Shown: piece after piece, positions 61,245 to 64,000 of the stretch
Numbering within the stretch: the first letter of the stretch is position 1
How the letters are laid out: the number at the start of each line of letters is the position of its first letter
Source of the DNA: Haplodiscus bocki
Taxonomy: Eukaryota
Assembly (NCBI GenBank): GCA_965655095.1
Contig: OZ296650.1
Location: forward strand, 133,982,001-134,046,000
Direction of reading: 5' to 3'
Length of the DNA: 64,000 nucleotides
Position numbers and translations under genes: made by a program
Notes under the pieces: generated by a model
What the model was told of the DNA's origin: nothing
Databases searched by the model: none
Seen by the model: only the letters and a program-made list of their open reading frames with translations

Positions 61245-64000
61245 GACGGTGAAAATTACCAGAAGGCGGGATTTTTTGCATCCAATTTTTTTTGCTGCAT
61301 CATTTCTGGTGATTGGTTCTTTTTTCTAAAGGGTTGTTTTTATGAAAGGAAACTGTTGTTTTTTTATTTACGATACCTAATTCCAGGCTGAAGATTAGCT
61401 CACACGACGCGGTACAACTGATACATGGATACATGGACAGTTTGTCTCACACCGTAAGATTGGGTTTTTTCCGCAAAACCTATAGTTTTCTTGACTTTTT
61501 TAAAAGTTGACAACAGCAGCAATGAAGGATGGCAAACATACTTTCTGGTCGATTTTTACACAACCTCCGGTCAAAACGGCGCTAAGGTAACAAATTTTTG
61601 AAGTTGTCAGCTGCAAAAATAATATTTAACTTCACCCACTTACCCGTGACCGACCTACATAACAATGAACGTTTTCATTGGATATCCTTCCCATTTATTT
61701 AATCCGGAATTTTTCAAAGAAATCATTGGCTTGCAGAATGGGTGATGTACCTGAAGCATTTCTTGGTGGTCCTCCATACCGTTTTTTGTTCTTCAGAGAA
61801 ACAATATTGGTGTTGCGGGCTCGTCCACGTCATTTGGCCTTTTTCATACATGAAAAAGTACAGTTAGGTGTTCTGTACCAGAGAAATTCATGAACAAAAA
61901 GTTCCGCGCCAAAGCATTTCATCCATTATGTAACTATTTTATTCATGCACCGTTCAAAACGCATTAAATACGTTTAATGCGTCCAGAAGCAGAACAAAAG
62001 GATTAATGGTAACTAGCCATTTTCATCATTGACTTGAGACACTTGTCTCCATTGTCTCCATCAAGTCATCGTCGGCCATAGATTATGACAAGTTAAAGGC
62101 CACTTTGATGACGTATCAGTGCTGATAGTAGACTAAATGTGTGTCTTTCTTTTGTCAAGTGGTGAAATTTGTGCTTTGATTTTCCTGATTTTCAGCTTTT
62201 ACCAACAATAAACGTGGTTAGTGAAAGGAATCGAATCAGTTTCTGAAGGTAACATGCTGAGTTAAAACGATGCTTCTTTACTATTGATGTCTTTCAAGAG
62301 TGGTTTCGATTTTAATAATTTTTTTCTTCTACAGACCGAACCAGAACTGTCGCGTTTCACAAACGTTTTTGCGTGAGGTTCTTGGAAGAGGCTATTCGGT
62401 CGGTTCCGACGCATACATAACGGAGTTTTACACTTATTCCAAAATAACTTTTGAATTTTGTGTAAAAAATTACTTGTTGTCAGATAAAATGATCAGCGAA
62501 CGAGCATGTTATGGATACGTTTTATTCCTGTGAAGTTTTGTCGAGGTTTCTTTTTGGATATTGCGTTTTTATATCAAATCATAAATTGTTTCACTTGAAC
62601 TCGGCATCGCCAATTTCCAATCCCGCATTTGAACCCTTTCATGTAGATACTTTTTCGTATGTGATAGAAACGTATGAACTGTTCATCCTGTAATTCCTGA
62701 CTCACTGAAGTCTCAACTGATTTTGGTGAACAATTTTTGGCTTGTGTCGATAAATTCGGCGCATTAACTTTGGTAAATTACTTTGCTAACGTTTTCCTGG
62801 GAGAAGAGTGCTGTGTAACGCTTGTCAGAATCGCTGGCTGACTACTAATACTCTTCAATAATTTCTAAAACTAAAAGGGGACCACGCTGTTATCATCGTA
62901 CATGAAATGTTGAAATAGTTAATGGCGCATTGGAGACGTGGGAAATTGAAAAGTAAACAAAATAATCGTTACTTTTAATGTATCCCCTTGGTTGCCAACG
63001 TTGACTGGCATTAGAGGAACAATTTCTACAGGTTCAACAAAGTTGAGCATATTATTGGTTTTGCTTAGGAGGAGAACTTGCTTTCATTTACTTTTTAACC
63101 GCCTGCGGCCTAAACACCGGTCACGTAACATTTAGTGTTCGCCATTCGTTAGCTGGTGAGTTTGGTGTCAGTCATGCGGTAAACTGAAAACAAGGGATAA
63201 TTTCTTAGACAAACAGACCGTTTCCGCTGTCAGTGCGGGAATGAAAGATTACGTAACGTTCTTGTTTCACGCTTTTGAAATAAGGGTTTTATCTCTTTTC
63301 AACTGAGCAGTAAAACGCTGTAACATGATATCCTACTTTGTTCAACAGTTCAATGTCAGTTTAATTTAAGCTAATTTTTCATGTTTATTGCTTTCGATAT
63401 ATTTGCTGTTCTTATCGCCAACTACAGGACAGTTAAGTTTCCAGCAGTAAAAAGCAAGCTTCAGATTGATTGCCATTGTAGTCAGCTTGAAGTAAAGGCA
63501 GATAATTGTGTAGTCTGTGTCATTATAGGAAAATTCTTCATGATTTTCGGGTGCTCATTAAAAATAACGTTCGAATATATGAAAGGCAGAATAAACTTGA
63601 GTATTTTTTTGTTTTTGGTTGTGCTGTGCTGGCAGGGAAGAAAATGATGCATTTTTGCGTGTATCTGCAAAAGTTTATTTTCGTTTTTGTTTGTGTTTGC
63701 CAATTGTCACCATATTGAGTAAATTAATGACAAAAAGTTTGTTTCTCGTGCAGTTGTGTGAATGGTCTCTGTTTCATTCCACGTCAAAAGGGGGAAGTAA
63801 TTGGCTGGTACCAATTATCGCAAGTGAAAGTTTTTGGGGAATTTTGACATACGCCTCCTTCCTGTAGGAGTTTGCTGGTTTTTGTTGCAGACCAAAACTT
63901 GCGACCTGAAGCCAAAGATTTTATATCGGCTTCTCTTTCTTGAAGGGTTAATTTGGAAAGTAGTTTATTGCTTCTTGTAAATGTTTAGAGACTTTCATTG
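61227..64000 (+). mobile_element. Unit D: left part of a further B-like element (runs off the window)
   Basis: Starts with the same GACGGTGAAAATTACCAGAAGGCG as B, then unrelated sequence; no gene recognised. Confidence 0.55.

Noticed and set aside
1-64000. rRNA, tRNA, retroelement, or viral capsid/polymerase genes
   Set aside because: No recognisable motifs by eye; a covariance/HMM scan would be needed to exclude small RNA genes.

Overview
AT-rich eukaryotic DNA (one clean GT-AG intron is visible) filled end to end by a head-to-tail array of Helitron/Helentron-like rolling-circle elements. One invariant 18-mer, TGACCACCCAGTGGAGGC, occurs 7 times on the + strand (10926, 25932, 26989, 28046, 44962, 60179, 61227). 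It marks every junction between eight units: two near-identical ~15 kb copies of family A, three ~1.05 kb non-coding mini-elements, an intact 16.9 kb element B, a decayed 15.2 kb relative C, and the start of a further unit D. Every unit whose right end is visible carries a related ~600 bp terminal module with a GC-rich hairpin just before the 18-mer. The large units encode a ~2700 aa protein: Zn-knuckle, OTU protease, Cys-rich domains, HUH (Y2) Rep, PIF1 helicase and an SLX1-like GIY-YIG nuclease. In A2 and B this gene is followed by an SGNH-hydrolase-like gene and a conserved ~330 aa protein. Family A also has a 2A-like (GIETNPGP) ribosomal-skip motif ahead of the large protein, and its gene cassette is inverted relative to the termini. 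My inference is a self-targeting, site-specific rolling-circle element system that builds mixed cassette arrays. All domain calls come from reading motifs by eye; no database searches were run, so novelty is unverified.
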